Positions 29,494-40,364 of a stretch of DNA of 60,388 nt are shown piece after piece. Position numbers and translations under genes: made by a program. The DNA is taken from contig CAMCZA010000001.1 of assembly GCA_945885515.1 (NCBI GenBank), positions 1 to 60,388 of the forward strand, given 5' to 3'. This DNA is from Ferrithrix thermotolerans DSM 19514. GTDB taxonomy: Bacteria; Actinomycetota; Acidimicrobiia; Acidimicrobiales; Ilumatobacteraceae. Position 1 is the first letter of the stretch. Each line of letters starts with the position of its first letter. Below the pieces are notes generated by a model. That model was not told the DNA's origin and ran no database searches. It was given only the letters and a program-made list of their open reading frames with translations.

Positions 29494-31911
29494 GTGAGGA
29501 TTAAACCAATCAACAGCTGGAGTGCCCAGCAAGTTATCTCGGCGCTCATTATTAGCGGCTCAACCTTGATGCTCTTTTTAACAATGCATCCAGAACTAAT
29601 TTTTGCAAATAACACTCCAACGGGCGGCGACATGGGCGCTCACGTCTATGGGCCAGCGTTTCTTCGAGATTTTCTTTTGCCCAATTTTCGACTTACAGGA
29701 TGGAGCAATGATTGGTACGCGGGCTTCCCGATGTATCGGTTTTACATGCTGATCCCGGCCCTTTTGGTTGTTGCTGTTGATCTACTCGTGCCGTACGGAG
29801 TCGCTTTAAAAATCATCGCTGTGATCGGCATTTTGACGCTGCCATTGTGCGCATGGTTATTCGGCAAGTTTTCTCGAATGTTGTTTCCAATTCCCGAGGT
29901 TTTGGCGCTTGCAACGGTCGTGTTTTTATACGACGAGAGTTTCACGATTTATGGTGGAAACATCGCGTCGACGATGGCTGGCGAGTTCTCTTTCTCGATT
30001 TCGCTTTCGCTTGCCGTTCTCACATTCGGATTATTTATTCGTGCTATTGATGAGCAGCGCGGCCGAATGGTTACTGCGGTGGTGCTCGCGCTAAGCGCTC
30101 TAAGTCACGGCATTGTTTTGTTGTTTGTTTTTGGTGGTGTTGCTCTGATTGCTGTGGTCTGGCAGGCGCTTAACACTTCGCGCAAAATTCTCAACACGGC
30201 AAGTCTGATTATCGGTACCGCTATTTTGCTGTCAGCATTTTGGGTTTTTCCATTTCTAACCGATCACGCATATATGACCGACATGAAGTACGAGCCTCGC
30301 CCGAGCGGCGCCACTGATTCATTTTGGAAGATGTTTTTTCCGTTGCCAATTTATTGGAATATTTTTATCACTTTGTTTGCAATCGTCGGTCTGGTGGCCT
30401 GTGTGCTGCGCCGCAACCGTGTCGGCATTTGGATGGGTATTTACTGCGTTGTAATCGCAGTTGGCGTTTTTGTTGGAAGAGGCAGTTTGCCCATAATTGG
30501 TTTGCTGTGGAATCCACGACTCTTGCCGTTTTTATATTTGCTTCGATACATGCTGATGATGATTGGACTTTACGAACTTGTTGTCGGAGCAATTCGAGTG
30601 AAACATTTACTTCGAATAGCAAAACATGCCCTCGGCGCAGAATCACTTGAGCGAGTTGGGCCAATTCCTTCATTGCGAAACAATCTTCAATTTAATTTGT
30701 CATGGGCAACAGCGATGCTGATCGTGGTTTTTGGCGTGATCGGGTTTAGGTTTCAAGAACTTCCTTTTGGAAAAATAGTTCAAAGCGAAGCTGGAGTGGT
30801 GCAATACAAGTGGGGTCCATTTTCAACGAACGCTTCAAATGATGGATTTGTAGACGGTTGGTCGCGATGGAACTTCACAGGGTATGAAGGCAAGAGCGCA
30901 TACGCCGAATACCGCAATTTGGTCGAGACGATGAAGTCTCTTGGCGAAAATTCGACGCACGGTTGTGGCCGCGCACTTTGGGAGAGCAGTGGAGAACTCA
31001 ATAAGTACGGCACGACGATGTCATTGATGCTTTTGCCGCACTGGACAAAGGGTTGTATTGGTTCGATGGAAGGATTGAATTTTGAGGCCGCTGGAACGAC
31101 GCCGTATCACTTCATAACTTCGGCCGCGATGTCAAAGCAAAGTAGCAACCCTGTTCGCGAGTTGCGTTACGACGACAACAATGCTGGTTTGGGCGTTCGT
31201 TACATGCAAGAACTTGGCATCAAATATTTCATGGCGTTCACGAAAGAAGCAATCGACCAAGCAAATCTGCAATCTTCGCTTGTTGTTGTTGGACGTAGTG
31301 GCCCGTGGGTGGTTTATGAAGTCAGCAATACCGAATTAGTCGTGCCACTTGAAGTACAGCCTGTGATTGTTAACTCAAGAAGTGGTGACGCAAAAGAGCG
31401 CTGGCTAGAGATCGGTACGAGCTGGTTTCAGCACCCCGAAGATTGGTCGGCAATACCTGTTGCCAGTGGACCAGAAAATTGGCAGCGCATTGATGTCGAA
31501 GTTGATTTAAATCGACGCGAAGGCGAACCCGATAAACCAAATCGTCGTGTCGATATTGTCAAGCCAACGCAGGCAATTGATGTTGTTGCAACTAAGACTA
31601 TAAAAATTTCAAATGTAGTTCTTGAAGACTCTTCGATTTCTTTCAGCGTTGACGAAATTGGTCAGCCGGTTCTCGTGCGGATGAGCTACTTTCCTAATTG
31701 GAAAATCTCTGGAGCCGAGGGCCCTTACCGTGTCGCACCAAACTTGATGGTGGTTGTACCGACACAAAATGAAGTGCGATTAAATTATGGTTACACGAAG
31801 TTTGAATTGTTCGCATACCTATTAACTGCAGCAGGTATTGCAATCGTAATTATGCGCTGGCGTCGAAAAACTAATTTGGGTGCCGAAACTATTGAGGCTT
31901 CAATCAACTAG
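29494..31911 (+). CDS. Large polytopic membrane protein with an extracytoplasmic C-terminal domain (possible GT-C-type glycosyltransferase; function unproven)
   Basis: 805 aa. More than 10 TM segments in the first ~420 aa, a soluble domain, then a C-terminal TM segment. Lies next to phosphomannomutase. Confidence 0.5.
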   Translation: MRIKPINSWSAQQVISALIISGSTLMLFLTMHPELIFANNTPTGGDMGAHVYGPAFLRDFLLPNFRLTGWSNDWYAGFPMYRFYMLIPALLVVAVDLLVPYGVALKIIAVIGILTLPLCAWLFGKFSRMLFPIPEVLALATVVFLYDESFTIYGGNIASTMAGEFSFSISLSLAVLTFGLFIRAIDEQRGRMVTAVVLALSALSHGIVLLFVFGGVALIAVVWQALNTSRKILNTASLIIGTAILLSAFWVFPFLTDHAYMTDMKYEPRPSGATDSFWKMFFPLPIYWNIFITLFAIVGLVACVLRRNRVGIWMGIYCVVIAVGVFVGRGSLPIIGLLWNPRLLPFLYLLRYMLMMIGLYELVVGAIRVKHLLRIAKHALGAESLERVGPIPSLRNNLQFNLSWATAMLIVVFGVIGFRFQELPFGKIVQSEAGVVQYKWGPFSTNASNDGFVDGWSRWNFTGYEGKSAYAEYRNLVETMKSLGENSTHGCGRALWESSGELNKYGTTMSLMLLPHWTKGCIGSMEGLNFEAAGTTPYHFITSAAMSKQSSNPVRELRYDDNNAGLGVRYMQELGIKYFMAFTKEAIDQANLQSSLVVVGRSGPWVVYEVSNTELVVPLEVQPVIVNSRSGDAKERWLEIGTSWFQHPEDWSAIPVASGPENWQRIDVEVDLNRREGEPDKPNRRVDIVKPTQAIDVVATKTIKISNVVLEDSSISFSVDEIGQPVLVRMSYFPNWKISGAEGPYRVAPNLMVVVPTQNEVRLNYGYTKFELFAYLLTAAGIAIVIMRWRRKTNLGAETIEASIN

Positions 31912-31916
31912 AATCG

Positions 31917-33275
31917 TTGGTCGTGCCAAACTTAGATGCGATCGTCAAGGCCTATGACATTCGGGGTACTGTGCCCGATCAACTTGACCCACAAGTTGCA
32001 CATGCGCTCGGTGTTGCTTTTGCCAAATTTTCAAATGCCAAACTAATTGTCGTTGCATTTGATATGCGTCCGAGCGGGCCTGATTTAGCCGACGCGTTTC
32101 AGCAAGGATTGACAGAACAAGGCGTGGATGTGATTAATTTAGGTCTGGCTAGCACAGACTTGTTGTACTTTGCATCAGGAAAACTTGACGCGCCAGGCGC
32201 AATGTTCACTGCTTCACATAATCCCGCGCAGTACAACGGCATCAAATGTTGTTTGTCGGGTGCGCGTTCTATTGGCATCGATAATGGTCTTCGTGAAATG
32301 AAGGCAATTGCTCAAGATGTCCTTGACGGCAAAGGTCCGGAAATTGCAAAGAAACTTGGCGAAGTCACCAAGAAGAATATGCTGGGCGAATTTGTTGATC
32401 ATGTCGTGAGTTTCATTGACATAAAGTCTCTTCGCAAGTTAAAAATCGTGGCTGACACAGCCAACGGCATGGGCGGACTCGTTGCCCCGGCGGTATTTGA
32501 CCGTCTCAACGAATTCGAACTTGAGGTGATGTACGGCGAACTCGATGGAACTTTTCCGAATCACCCAGCCGACCCAATTCAGCCCGCTAATCAACGCGAT
32601 CTTCAGGCCCGAGTGATTGCGGGCAAATTTGATGTGGGTTTGGCGTTTGACGGTGATGCTGATCGCGTGTTCTTGGTCGATGAGAACGGCAACAGTGTTT
32701 CAGGCAGCACTACAACAGCGTTACTTGCATCTGTTTTCTTGAGGACACACCCAGAGTCGACAATTCTTTATAACTTAATTTGTTCACGAGTGGTGCCAGA
32801 AACAATTGCAAACCTTGGTGGTACTCCGGTTCGTACGAAAAATGGCCATAGTTATATGAAACAAGTGATGGCACAAACGGGTGCGGTATTTGCCGGAGAG
32901 CACTCTGGCCACTATTACTTCGCCGACAACTACCGAGCCGATAGTGGTCTGATTGCAACGATGGTCGTGCTCGGCGAGATGAGTCGAACGGGTAAGTCGC
33001 TCTCGCAATTGCGAGCCCCTTTCGAAAAGTATGCCGGCAGTGGAGAAATCAATACTCAAGTAACAGATATTGCAGTTGTTATAGACCGAGTGGCCAAACA
33101 GTTTGAGGCTTATCCACAAGATCATTTAGATGGACTGACTGTTGATTGTGGCTCGTGGTGGTTCAATGTCCGATCATCAAATACCGAGCCGTTGTTGAGA
33201 TTGAATCTTGAGGCAGCAACTCGTGAAGAGTGTGATCAACATGTCGCCGAATTATTGATGTTAATCACCAGCTAA
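31917..33275 (+). CDS. manB: Phosphomannomutase/phosphoglucomutase
   Basis: Phosphoserine loop FTASHNPAQYNGIK and metal loop FDGDADRVF. Confidence 0.85.
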   Translation: MVVPNLDAIVKAYDIRGTVPDQLDPQVAHALGVAFAKFSNAKLIVVAFDMRPSGPDLADAFQQGLTEQGVDVINLGLASTDLLYFASGKLDAPGAMFTASHNPAQYNGIKCCLSGARSIGIDNGLREMKAIAQDVLDGKGPEIAKKLGEVTKKNMLGEFVDHVVSFIDIKSLRKLKIVADTANGMGGLVAPAVFDRLNEFELEVMYGELDGTFPNHPADPIQPANQRDLQARVIAGKFDVGLAFDGDADRVFLVDENGNSVSGSTTTALLASVFLRTHPESTILYNLICSRVVPETIANLGGTPVRTKNGHSYMKQVMAQTGAVFAGEHSGHYYFADNYRADSGLIATMVVLGEMSRTGKSLSQLRAPFEKYAGSGEINTQVTDIAVVIDRVAKQFEAYPQDHLDGLTVDCGSWWFNVRSSNTEPLLRLNLEAATREECDQHVAELLMLITS

Positions 33276-33301
33276 CTCGTGCAAGTGTTAAAGTCTTAGC
33301 C

Positions 33302-33547
33302 GTGGGTAACAGTGCTGTTGGCTTGAATCCGCGATTGCTTGAAATCTTGGCATGCCCAAAAGATAAAGGAAGTTTGATTTATTACGAGGATGAACAATTT
33401 CTTTATAACCCCCGTTTGCAGATGCGTTATGAAATTCGCCAAGGAATACCGGTGATGCTGATTAACGAAGCAAAAACTGTCAACCAACTTGAGCATGAGC
33501 GACTTGCAACCAAGGCCCAAAAGCTTGGTCTCAAACCAACTTTCTAA
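33302..33547 (+). CDS. Trm112 family protein
   Basis: LLEILACPKDKGSL ... IPVMLINEA. Confidence 0.7.
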   Translation: MGNSAVGLNPRLLEILACPKDKGSLIYYEDEQFLYNPRLQMRYEIRQGIPVMLINEAKTVNQLEHERLATKAQKLGLKPTF

Positions 33548-33553
33548 CTAACA

Positions 33554-33574
33554 AACTATTAACTATTAACTATT
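33554..33574 (+). repeat. Three perfect tandem copies of AACTATT in the 44-nt trm112-ahcY spacer
   Basis: Direct reading aactattaactattaactatt, followed by an A-run and the GGAG RBS. Confidence 0.8.
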
Positions 33575-33591
33575 AAAAAACTGGAGTAAAA

Positions 33592-35046
33592 ATGTCATCG
33601 TCAAGTTTCGCCGCACGCAAAGATTACCGAGTTGCCGATCTCTCAATGGCCCCGTTCGGTCGCAAAGAGATCCACTTGGCTGAGCATGAGATGCCAGGCT
33701 TGCGCGCACTGCGCAAAGAATTCGGTGCATCACAGCCGCTTAAGGGTGCCCGCATCTCTGGTTCGTTACACATGACGATTCAAACTGCGGTGCTGATCGA
33801 GACTCTCGTTCAACTCGGCGCAGAAGTTCGTTGGGCTAGTTGCAATATTTTCTCGACACAAGATCATGCGGCCGCCGCAGTTGTCGTTGGGCCAAATGGA
33901 ACGGCAGAAAATCCACAGGGTGTTCCTGTTTATGCGTGGAAGGGCGAAACACTCGAAGAATATTGGTGGGCAACTGATCAGATGATGACATGGCCAGACG
34001 GTGATGGCCCAAACATGATTCTTGATGATGGTGGCGACGCCACAATGTTGTTGCACAAAGGTGTTGAATACGAAAAAGCCGGTGCGGTTCCAGATCCGAC
34101 GACGGCGTCTAATCCTGAACTTGCAATCGTGCTCGGCTTATTGCAACGCGGTCTAAAAACAAGCCCAACGCGTTGGACGAAGATGTCGAAACTCATCAAA
34201 GGCGTAACCGAAGAAACAACAACCGGCGTCAAGCGTCTTTACAAGATGGCTCAAGACAAAGAGTTGTTGTTTCCGGCAATCAACGTCAATGACAGCGTTA
34301 CAAAAAGTAAGTTCGACAATCTCTATGGATGTCGACACTCGTTGATCGACGCGCTTAATCGTGCAACTGATGTGATGATTGCCGGCAAGATGGCAGTTGT
34401 TTGCGGATACGGCGACGTCGGCAAGGGATGTGCACAAAGCCTTCGTGGCCAAGGCGCCCGAGTTGTTGTGACCGAGATTGATCCGATTAATGCATTGCAG
34501 GCAGCGATGGAGGGTTACATCGTTAACACCCTCGAAAATGTTCTGAATGTCGCAGATATTTTTGTGACCGCAACTGGTAACGAAGCAATCGTGACCGCAG
34601 AGCACATGTCAAAAATGAAGCACAACGCAATTGTTTGCAACATTGGTCACTTCGATAACGAAATTGATATGGCTGGTTTGGCACGCAGTGGCGCGACTCG
34701 CGATGAGCTAAAGACTGGCACTGACCTTTGGACATTTGCCGACGGCCACGCCGTGATAGTTCTTGCCGAGGGACGCCTCGTGAACCTTGGTTGCGCTACT
34801 GGTCACCCCAGTTTCGTGATGAGTTGTTCGTTTACGAATCAAGTGATTGCGCAGATTGAGCTGTTCAACAACACCAAGAATTATCCACTCGGCGTTTATG
34901 TGTTGCCAAAACATCTTGATGAGAAAGTTGCGTTACTTCACTTAGATGCACTCGGCGCAATTTTGACGAAACTTTCAGACGAGCAATCTGAATATCTTGG
35001 CATTGAACCAAGTGGTCCGTTCAAGGCTGAGCGGTATCGCTACTAG
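33592..35046 (+). CDS. ahcY: Adenosylhomocysteinase
   Basis: 484 aa. NAD site [36 protein letters not shown], and C-terminal [17 protein letters not shown]. Confidence 0.95.
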   Translation: MSSSSFAARKDYRVADLSMAPFGRKEIHLAEHEMPGLRALRKEFGASQPLKGARISGSLHMTIQTAVLIETLVQLGAEVRWASCNIFSTQDHAAAAVVVGPNGTAENPQGVPVYAWKGETLEEYWWATDQMMTWPDGDGPNMILDDGGDATMLLHKGVEYEKAGAVPDPTTASNPELAIVLGLLQRGLKTSPTRWTKMSKLIKGVTEETTTGVKRLYKMAQDKELLFPAINVNDSVTKSKFDNLYGCRHSLIDALNRATDVMIAGKMAVVCGYGDVGKGCAQSLRGQGARVVVTEIDPINALQAAMEGYIVNTLENVLNVADIFVTATGNEAIVTAEHMSKMKHNAIVCNIGHFDNEIDMAGLARSGATRDELKTGTDLWTFADGHAVIVLAEGRLVNLGCATGHPSFVMSCSFTNQVIAQIELFNNTKNYPLGVYVLPKHLDEKVALLHLDALGAILTKLSDEQSEYLGIEPSGPFKAERYRY

Positions 35047-35664
35047 TTAACGAGCAAGTTTTTTTACTGCAAGGCGCGGTAAAAAAAACTGCACGAGTGG
35101 CCCGACACCAAAAGCAAAAGCAAAAGTTGCGACACCAACTTGGCCACCAAGCAGCCAACCAGTTACGAGAACGATTACTTCTAACACGGTGCGACCAACG
35201 CGAATTGGTATTCCGCGCTTGGCGAGACCAGTCATCAAACCGTCACGCGGTCCAGGTCCGAGTGCGCTACCAATGTAGAGACCTGATCCAATTGCGACTA
35301 CGACGATTCCAAGCAACGCCATTGGGACTTGAATAAAAATACTTGATGGCTCGGGTATGGCTCCTAAAGCGATATCGGCGACCAAACCAATTTCAAGAGC
35401 ATTAAGAATGGTGCCAAGACCGGGTTTTTGTTTGAGCGGGATCCAAAGTAGGAGCAAAAAGCAGCCCGTGACCACGATGATCTTGCCAATCGTGATATCG
35501 GTTTGGTTGGCAACACCTTGATGAAACACATCCCACGGTGGTGCGCCGATGTTGGCGTTCATTTGAAGCGAAATGCCAACGGCGAATAGCGCCAGACCCA
35601 GTACGCATCGAATCAGTCGCCGACCAAGCCGATCACGAAATTCAAGGGTTTCTAAACCGTTCAC
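35047..35664 (-). CDS. Integral membrane protein (YczE/DUF6198-like)
   Basis: 205 aa with about 5-6 TM segments. NIGAPPWDVFHQG near TM1. Confidence 0.45.
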   Translation of the reverse strand: MNGLETLEFRDRLGRRLIRCVLGLALFAVGISLQMNANIGAPPWDVFHQGVANQTDITIGKIIVVTGCFLLLLWIPLKQKPGLGTILNALEIGLVADIALGAIPEPSSIFIQVPMALLGIVVVAIGSGLYIGSALGPGPRDGLMTGLAKRGIPIRVGRTVLEVIVLVTGWLLGGQVGVATFAFAFGVGPLVQFFLPRLAVKKLAR

Positions 35665-35748
35665 CGGCTCAGGCTATCGGTCGCGCACTATTTCTGATGC
35701 CATAGCCGTGCGCAATCTTCAGACACCCCGGCGACATAATTTCAAAAC

Positions 35749-36492
35749 ATGTTTAAAACTGCTTTTAAAAATTTAGTCGGGGAAGTTTTCGCAAACAAGT
35801 GTCCCGGGTGTCAACAAGTTTGTTCTTCTGTCTGCGAAAACTGTGTTACACAACTTTCGCAATTGACTTGTTCGACTAGTTCACCAAAGTTTCACAGCGC
35901 TAATTTGCACAGTACTAATTTGCACAGTACTAATTTATACAGCGCCCCAAATCAGCAAGTGATTGTCGCCTTCGGCTACAGCACCGTCGTGCGCAAAATG
36001 ATTCTGGCGATTAAATATCGTAATATGCGGTCATCCATTGCGCTGTTAGGTGAGTCTTTGGCTGATCGAATTCTTGATGAGACTTCAAAAACTAAACAGA
36101 TAATTAGTTTCATCACCTGGGCTCCGACAACCGCTCAGCGAAAACTTGAGCGCGGGCATGATCACGCCGAAATTCTTGCTCGGTTTATTGCCAGAGAGTT
36201 GAAGCTTCCATGTCGCGGTGTGTTGCGTCGGTTCTCTGACCAACCGCAAACTGGTCGATCCCGCGAACAGCGACTTGAGGCCCCACAGTTCATTTCTCGC
36301 GCGATAAATAATCAATGCGTTGTTGTAATCGATGATGTCGTGACAACAGGAGCAACGCTTAAAGGCGCATCACAAGCGCTTTACAAAGCGGGCGCCAATC
36401 TAGTTATCTGTGCGGCTGTAGCATCTACTGTCTTATGGCAATCCTCGACCGAGTCCTACGAGCTGGAGAAGGCAAGAAAGTCAAGGCGCTAG
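35749..36492 (+). CDS. comF: ComF-family phosphoribosyltransferase-domain protein
   Basis: N-terminal Cys4 (CPGCQQ...CENC). PRPP loop [14 protein letters not shown]. The 3' end overlaps secA by 58 nt. Confidence 0.8.
   Translation: MFKTAFKNLVGEVFANKCPGCQQVCSSVCENCVTQLSQLTCSTSSPKFHSANLHSTNLHSTNLYSAPNQQVIVAFGYSTVVRKMILAIKYRNMRSSIALLGESLADRILDETSKTKQIISFITWAPTTAQRKLERGHDHAEILARFIARELKLPCRGVLRRFSDQPQTGRSREQRLEAPQFISRAINNQCVVVIDDVVTTGATLKGASQALYKAGANLVICAAVASTVLWQSSTESYELEKARKSRR
35893..35941 (+). repeat. In-frame 15-bp tandem repeat (cacagYRctaattWR, about 3.2 copies) encoding [17 protein letters not shown] in comF
   Basis: Direct reading cacagcgctaatttg cacagtactaatttg cacagtactaattta tacag. 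Confidence 0.85.
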
Positions 36493-39170
36493 CCGACATC
36501 TTGCCAGATATCAATGCGTTGGCGGCCCAAATGTCGGCAATGTCCGAAGCTGAACTGCGCGGCAAAACTGGTGAGTTCAAGTCTCGACTAGACCGCGGCG
36601 AAACACTTGAAGACTTATTGATCGAGTCATTTGCGGTGGTGCGTGAAGCGGCCACTCGTGTCATCGGGCAGCGACATTACGACGTGCAACTCATGGGAGG
36701 TGCAGCTTTGCACGCTGGTTGGGTTGCCGAAATGAAAACCGGCGAAGGTAAAACACTCGTTTCAACTTTGCCTGCTTACCTCAACGGGCTTTCAGGCAAT
36801 GGTGTCCATCAAATCACCACCAACGACTATTTAGCGCAACGAGATGCCGAGTGGATGGGGCAGATTCATAGGTGGCTTGGCTTGTCGGTGGGTCTAGTAA
36901 TTGCTGGTCGACGCACGAGTCCAGCAGAAAAGCGTGTTGACTATGCATCAGACATCACTTTTGGAACGAACAACGAATTTGGTTTTGATTATCTGCGCGA
37001 CAACATGGCCGGCACGCTGGATGAGAAAGTTCAGCGTGGTTTTAATTTTGCGATAGTCGACGAAGTCGACTCAATTCTGATTGACGAGGCTCGAACACCT
37101 TTAATTATTTCTGGTCGTGTCGCCGACGCAGCAAAGTTGTACTACCGATTTGCATCGATTGTTCGCACGATGGTTCGTGATGTTGACTATGACGTCGAAG
37201 AAGATAAACGAATCGTCGTACCAACAGAGATTGGCATCGAAAAAGTCGAGTCACAACTTGGTATCGACAATCTTTATGATGAAGTTCAGCAGAACTTCGT
37301 GCACCAGTTGCAAGTTGCCCTTAAAGCCGCCGTGCTGTATCACCGCGACAAGGATTACATCATTCAAGATGGTGAGATCAAAATTGTTGATGAGTTCACT
37401 GGCCGAGTTCTTGAAGGTCGACGATGGAGTGAGGGCATCCATCAGGCTGTTGAGGCAAAAGAAGGCGTAAAAATAAAAGAAGAAAACCAAACCTTGGCGA
37501 CAATCACTTTGCAGAATTATTTCAGAATGTACGACAAACTTTCCGGCATGACAGGAACCGCCCAAACTGAGGCTGCAGAACTAATGAATACCTACGACTT
37601 GCAAGTTGTGCCGATTCCAACCAATCGCGAAATGGTGCGACTTGATCAGGCCGATCTAATATTCAAGACCGAGGCAGCAAAGTTCGAGGCTGTGGTTAAA
37701 GATCTTGAAGAACGGCATGAAAAGGGCCAGCCAGTTCTAGTGGGCACTGTCAGCGTCGAGAAGAGTGAGCAGCTATCGCAGAAATTAAAACAGCGCGGAA
37801 TTCCTCACGAGGTTTTGAATGCCAAGCAACATACGCGCGAAGCAATGGTTGTGACACAGGCAGGTCGGCTCGGCTCGATAACCGTGGCGACAAATATGGC
37901 GGGTCGCGGTGTCGATATTTTGCTCGGTGGAAACCCGGAGGGTTTGGCCCGACAAGATGTGCTGAAAGCTGGGCACACTCCTGAAACATTGATGGATGAG
38001 TTCGCGTTGCCCGTTGAACTTGAGTTGATGCCACCAGATTTCTTGAAGGCTCGCGAACAAGCGCAAGATTTGTATCACGATTTGCTCAAAAAATATACGA
38101 CTGAATGCAAAGTCGAAGGAGACAAAGTTCGCGAATTAGGTGGACTATATGTTCTTGGCACCGAGCGACATGAAAGTCGCCGCATCGACAACCAATTACG
38201 AGGTCGTTCAGGTCGCCAAGGCGACTTAGGCGAGAGCCGTTTTTATTTAAGTCTTGATGACGAACTTATGCGTCTGTTTGCAACGGGTGCGTTGTCGTGG
38301 GTGATGGGTCGTGCATTGCCTGATGATGAAGCAATTGAAGCCAAGATGGTGACCAAAGCAATTGAGCGTGCGCAATCTACGGTTGAGCAACGCAACGGCG
38401 AAATTCGAAAAAATGTTCTGAAATACGACGAAGTGATGAACGAACAGCGCAAAATTATTTACCAGCGCCGAGATCAAATTTTGCAAGGACTAGACCTGAA
38501 GTCGGCGGCAATGGAGTATTTGGCTGAGGCTGTTGACGCATTGATTGAGGCACATTGCGTCGCTGAAGTTGACGACGAATGGGATGTCACAGGTTTAGCT
38601 TTGGAACTTGTCACTTTTTGGCCAACAAAAATCGTTGCGGCAAATCTTGCGAATTGTGATTCAACCGATGAAATGTACGACCTGGTGATGTTGGATGCCA
38701 GCGGATATTACGCCCAGCGTGAATCAGAGATGGGCGAGTCTGTGATGCGCGAAGTTGAGCGTCAAGTGATGTTGCGAATCATTGATCAAAGATGGCGCGA
38801 GCATCTTGAAGAGATGGACTATTTGCAAGAGGGCATCAACCTGCGTGCAGTTGGACAAAAAGATCCACTGATCGAATGGCAGCGCGAAGGCTTCGAGATG
38901 TTTGGATCGCTGATGAAGGGAATCGCCCAGGACTTTGTCAAATATGTAATGCATGTGCAAGTAGTCAACGAGAGTTCAGCGAGTACCGCGTTGAGTAATA
39001 TTCAGCAAACATCCGACGAAAATGTAGATGACCAGCCAAGCCAAGTTTCTAAATCTGGCGCTAGTTCAGGTGTTTTTGGTGCACCCGATTGGTCAAAGAC
39101 ACCGCGAAACTCTCCGTGCCCATGTGGTTCTAGCAAAAAATACAAGATGTGCCACGGTCGCGTAAATTAA
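36435..39170 (+). CDS. secA: Preprotein translocase ATPase SecA
   Basis: The N-terminus [19 protein letters not shown] aligns with SecA starts. MKTGEGKTL Walker A. C-terminal zinc finger [14 protein letters not shown]. Confidence 0.95.
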   Translation: MAILDRVLRAGEGKKVKALADILPDINALAAQMSAMSEAELRGKTGEFKSRLDRGETLEDLLIESFAVVREAATRVIGQRHYDVQLMGGAALHAGWVAEMKTGEGKTLVSTLPAYLNGLSGNGVHQITTNDYLAQRDAEWMGQIHRWLGLSVGLVIAGRRTSPAEKRVDYASDITFGTNNEFGFDYLRDNMAGTLDEKVQRGFNFAIVDEVDSILIDEARTPLIISGRVADAAKLYYRFASIVRTMVRDVDYDVEEDKRIVVPTEIGIEKVESQLGIDNLYDEVQQNFVHQLQVALKAAVLYHRDKDYIIQDGEIKIVDEFTGRVLEGRRWSEGIHQAVEAKEGVKIKEENQTLATITLQNYFRMYDKLSGMTGTAQTEAAELMNTYDLQVVPIPTNREMVRLDQADLIFKTEAAKFEAVVKDLEERHEKGQPVLVGTVSVEKSEQLSQKLKQRGIPHEVLNAKQHTREAMVVTQAGRLGSITVATNMAGRGVDILLGGNPEGLARQDVLKAGHTPETLMDEFALPVELELMPPDFLKAREQAQDLYHDLLKKYTTECKVEGDKVRELGGLYVLGTERHESRRIDNQLRGRSGRQGDLGESRFYLSLDDELMRLFATGALSWVMGRALPDDEAIEAKMVTKAIERAQSTVEQRNGEIRKNVLKYDEVMNEQRKIIYQRRDQILQGLDLKSAAMEYLAEAVDALIEAHCVAEVDDEWDVTGLALELVTFWPTKIVAANLANCDSTDEMYDLVMLDASGYYAQRESEMGESVMREVERQVMLRIIDQRWREHLEEMDYLQEGINLRAVGQKDPLIEWQREGFEMFGSLMKGIAQDFVKYVMHVQVVNESSASTALSNIQQTSDENVDDQPSQVSKSGASSGVFGAPDWSKTPRNSPCPCGSSKKYKMCHGRVN

Positions 39171-39200
39171 TTCAGTCTCTAAATACGACGCTGACATCTA

Positions 39201-40319
39201 ATGAAAGATTTTTCAACAGAACTCAATGAACTACGCAAGCGAGTTGCTGAAGCATCGGAATATCTAAATGTTGTCGCATCTCGTGGGCTGTTAGTTGAAC
39301 TAGAAGTCGAGGTCGCAAAGCCAGATTTGTGGAACGATCAAAATCATGCAAAGAAGATCAATTCGCAATATGTCGCACTTAAATCTGACTTAGATCAATT
39401 TGACGGACTGTCAAGCACGGTTGAAGACTTGTTCGTCTTGCATGAACTTGCTCGCGAGGCCGACGATGCGACACAAGAGCCCGAGCTTGAGCGAGGTGCG
39501 CTCGCGTGTCGATCTCAACTTGATTCGCTAGAAATGCGAAGCATGTTCACCGGAGAGCACGATGACTGCGATGCGATTTTGCAAATCAACGCTAAAGACG
39601 GAGGTGTTGATGCTCAAGACTGGAGCGAGATGCTGCTGCGGATGTATCGGCGTTGGGCAGAGCTAAAAGGATTCGGTTTTGAAATTGGCGACATCTCAAT
39701 TGGCACCGAGGCAGGAATCCTCTCTGCTGATGTGACAATTCGCGGCAGATATGTTTACGGGTTTTTAACCAGCGAGCGTGGTACGCACCGACTCGTGAGA
39801 ATTAGTCCGTTTGATAATCAAGGCAGGCGACAAACGAGTTTTGCGCTCGTGCAGATTTGGCCAATTTTAGATCAGGCTGAACTTGAGATCAACGAGACCG
39901 ATATTCGCATGGAAGTATTTCGCGCATCTGGCGCCGGTGGACAACATGTCAACAAAACTTCTTCGGCAGTGCGATTGATTCATGAACCAACCGGACTTGT
40001 TGCGTCATCTCAGCAAGAGCGAAGTCAATTGCAAAATCGCGAAAGTGCACTCAAGCGACTCAAGGCAATGGTTATTGCGCAAGACGAAGAAGAGCGTGCT
40101 GCGGCACTTGCTCAAATTGCCGGCAAACAAGCGCAAGTCGGCTGGGGCAGTCAAATTCGCTCATATGTTTTACAGCCGTATCAGATGGTCAAAGATCTTC
40201 GAACAAATGTTGAAACCGGCAATGTCACCGCGGTTTTAGACGGCGAACTTGATCAGTTCATGGAGGGCTACCTGAGATGGCGCCGTTCTGACAAAGAGGC
40301 GACCAATAGCGCACAATAA
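39201..40319 (+). CDS. prfB: Peptide chain release factor 2, encoded in a single frame with no programmed +1 frameshift
   Basis: SPF (RISPFD) and GGQ (SGAGGQHVNKT) motifs. TAT CTA AAT occupies the position of the E. coli CTT TGA C shift site. Confidence 0.95.
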   Translation: MKDFSTELNELRKRVAEASEYLNVVASRGLLVELEVEVAKPDLWNDQNHAKKINSQYVALKSDLDQFDGLSSTVEDLFVLHELAREADDATQEPELERGALACRSQLDSLEMRSMFTGEHDDCDAILQINAKDGGVDAQDWSEMLLRMYRRWAELKGFGFEIGDISIGTEAGILSADVTIRGRYVYGFLTSERGTHRLVRISPFDNQGRRQTSFALVQIWPILDQAELEINETDIRMEVFRASGAGGQHVNKTSSAVRLIHEPTGLVASSQQERSQLQNRESALKRLKAMVIAQDEEERAAALAQIAGKQAQVGWGSQIRSYVLQPYQMVKDLRTNVETGNVTAVLDGELDQFMEGYLRWRRSDKEATNSAQ

Positions 40320-40364
40320 TTCGGTCATCGTCGGTGTGCGCCGTGCGCTGGTAAGTTAGTCGCG

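Noticed and set aside
33548-33591. SAH riboswitch upstream of ahcY
   Set aside because: The spacer is only 44 nt and consists mostly of a 7-mer tandem repeat and an A-run. It is too short, and it lacks the GC-rich pseudoknotted structure.
35057-35090. AGTTTTTTTAC ... GTAAAAAAA(A)CT inverted repeat at the ahcY / membrane-protein convergent junction as a bidirectional terminator
   Set aside because: The stem is almost pure A/T and one arm has an extra A. The T-run precedes the loop and the A-run follows it, which is the wrong polarity for a terminator. The repeat also lies within the last codons of the minus-strand CDS.
35672-35713. Interleaved complementary hexamers GGCTAT/ATAGCC and GCGCAC/GTGCGC upstream of comF as a pseudoknot RNA
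   Set aside because: There are only two 6-bp helices with long loops in a promoter region. Chance occurrence is plausible, and nothing else supports a structured RNA.
39201-40319. Possible programmed +1 frameshift site in prfB
   Set aside because: The RF2 ORF is continuous from Met1. At the position of the E. coli CTT TGA C site it reads TAT CTA AAT with no in-frame stop. The gene is simply unshifted, as in many bacteria.
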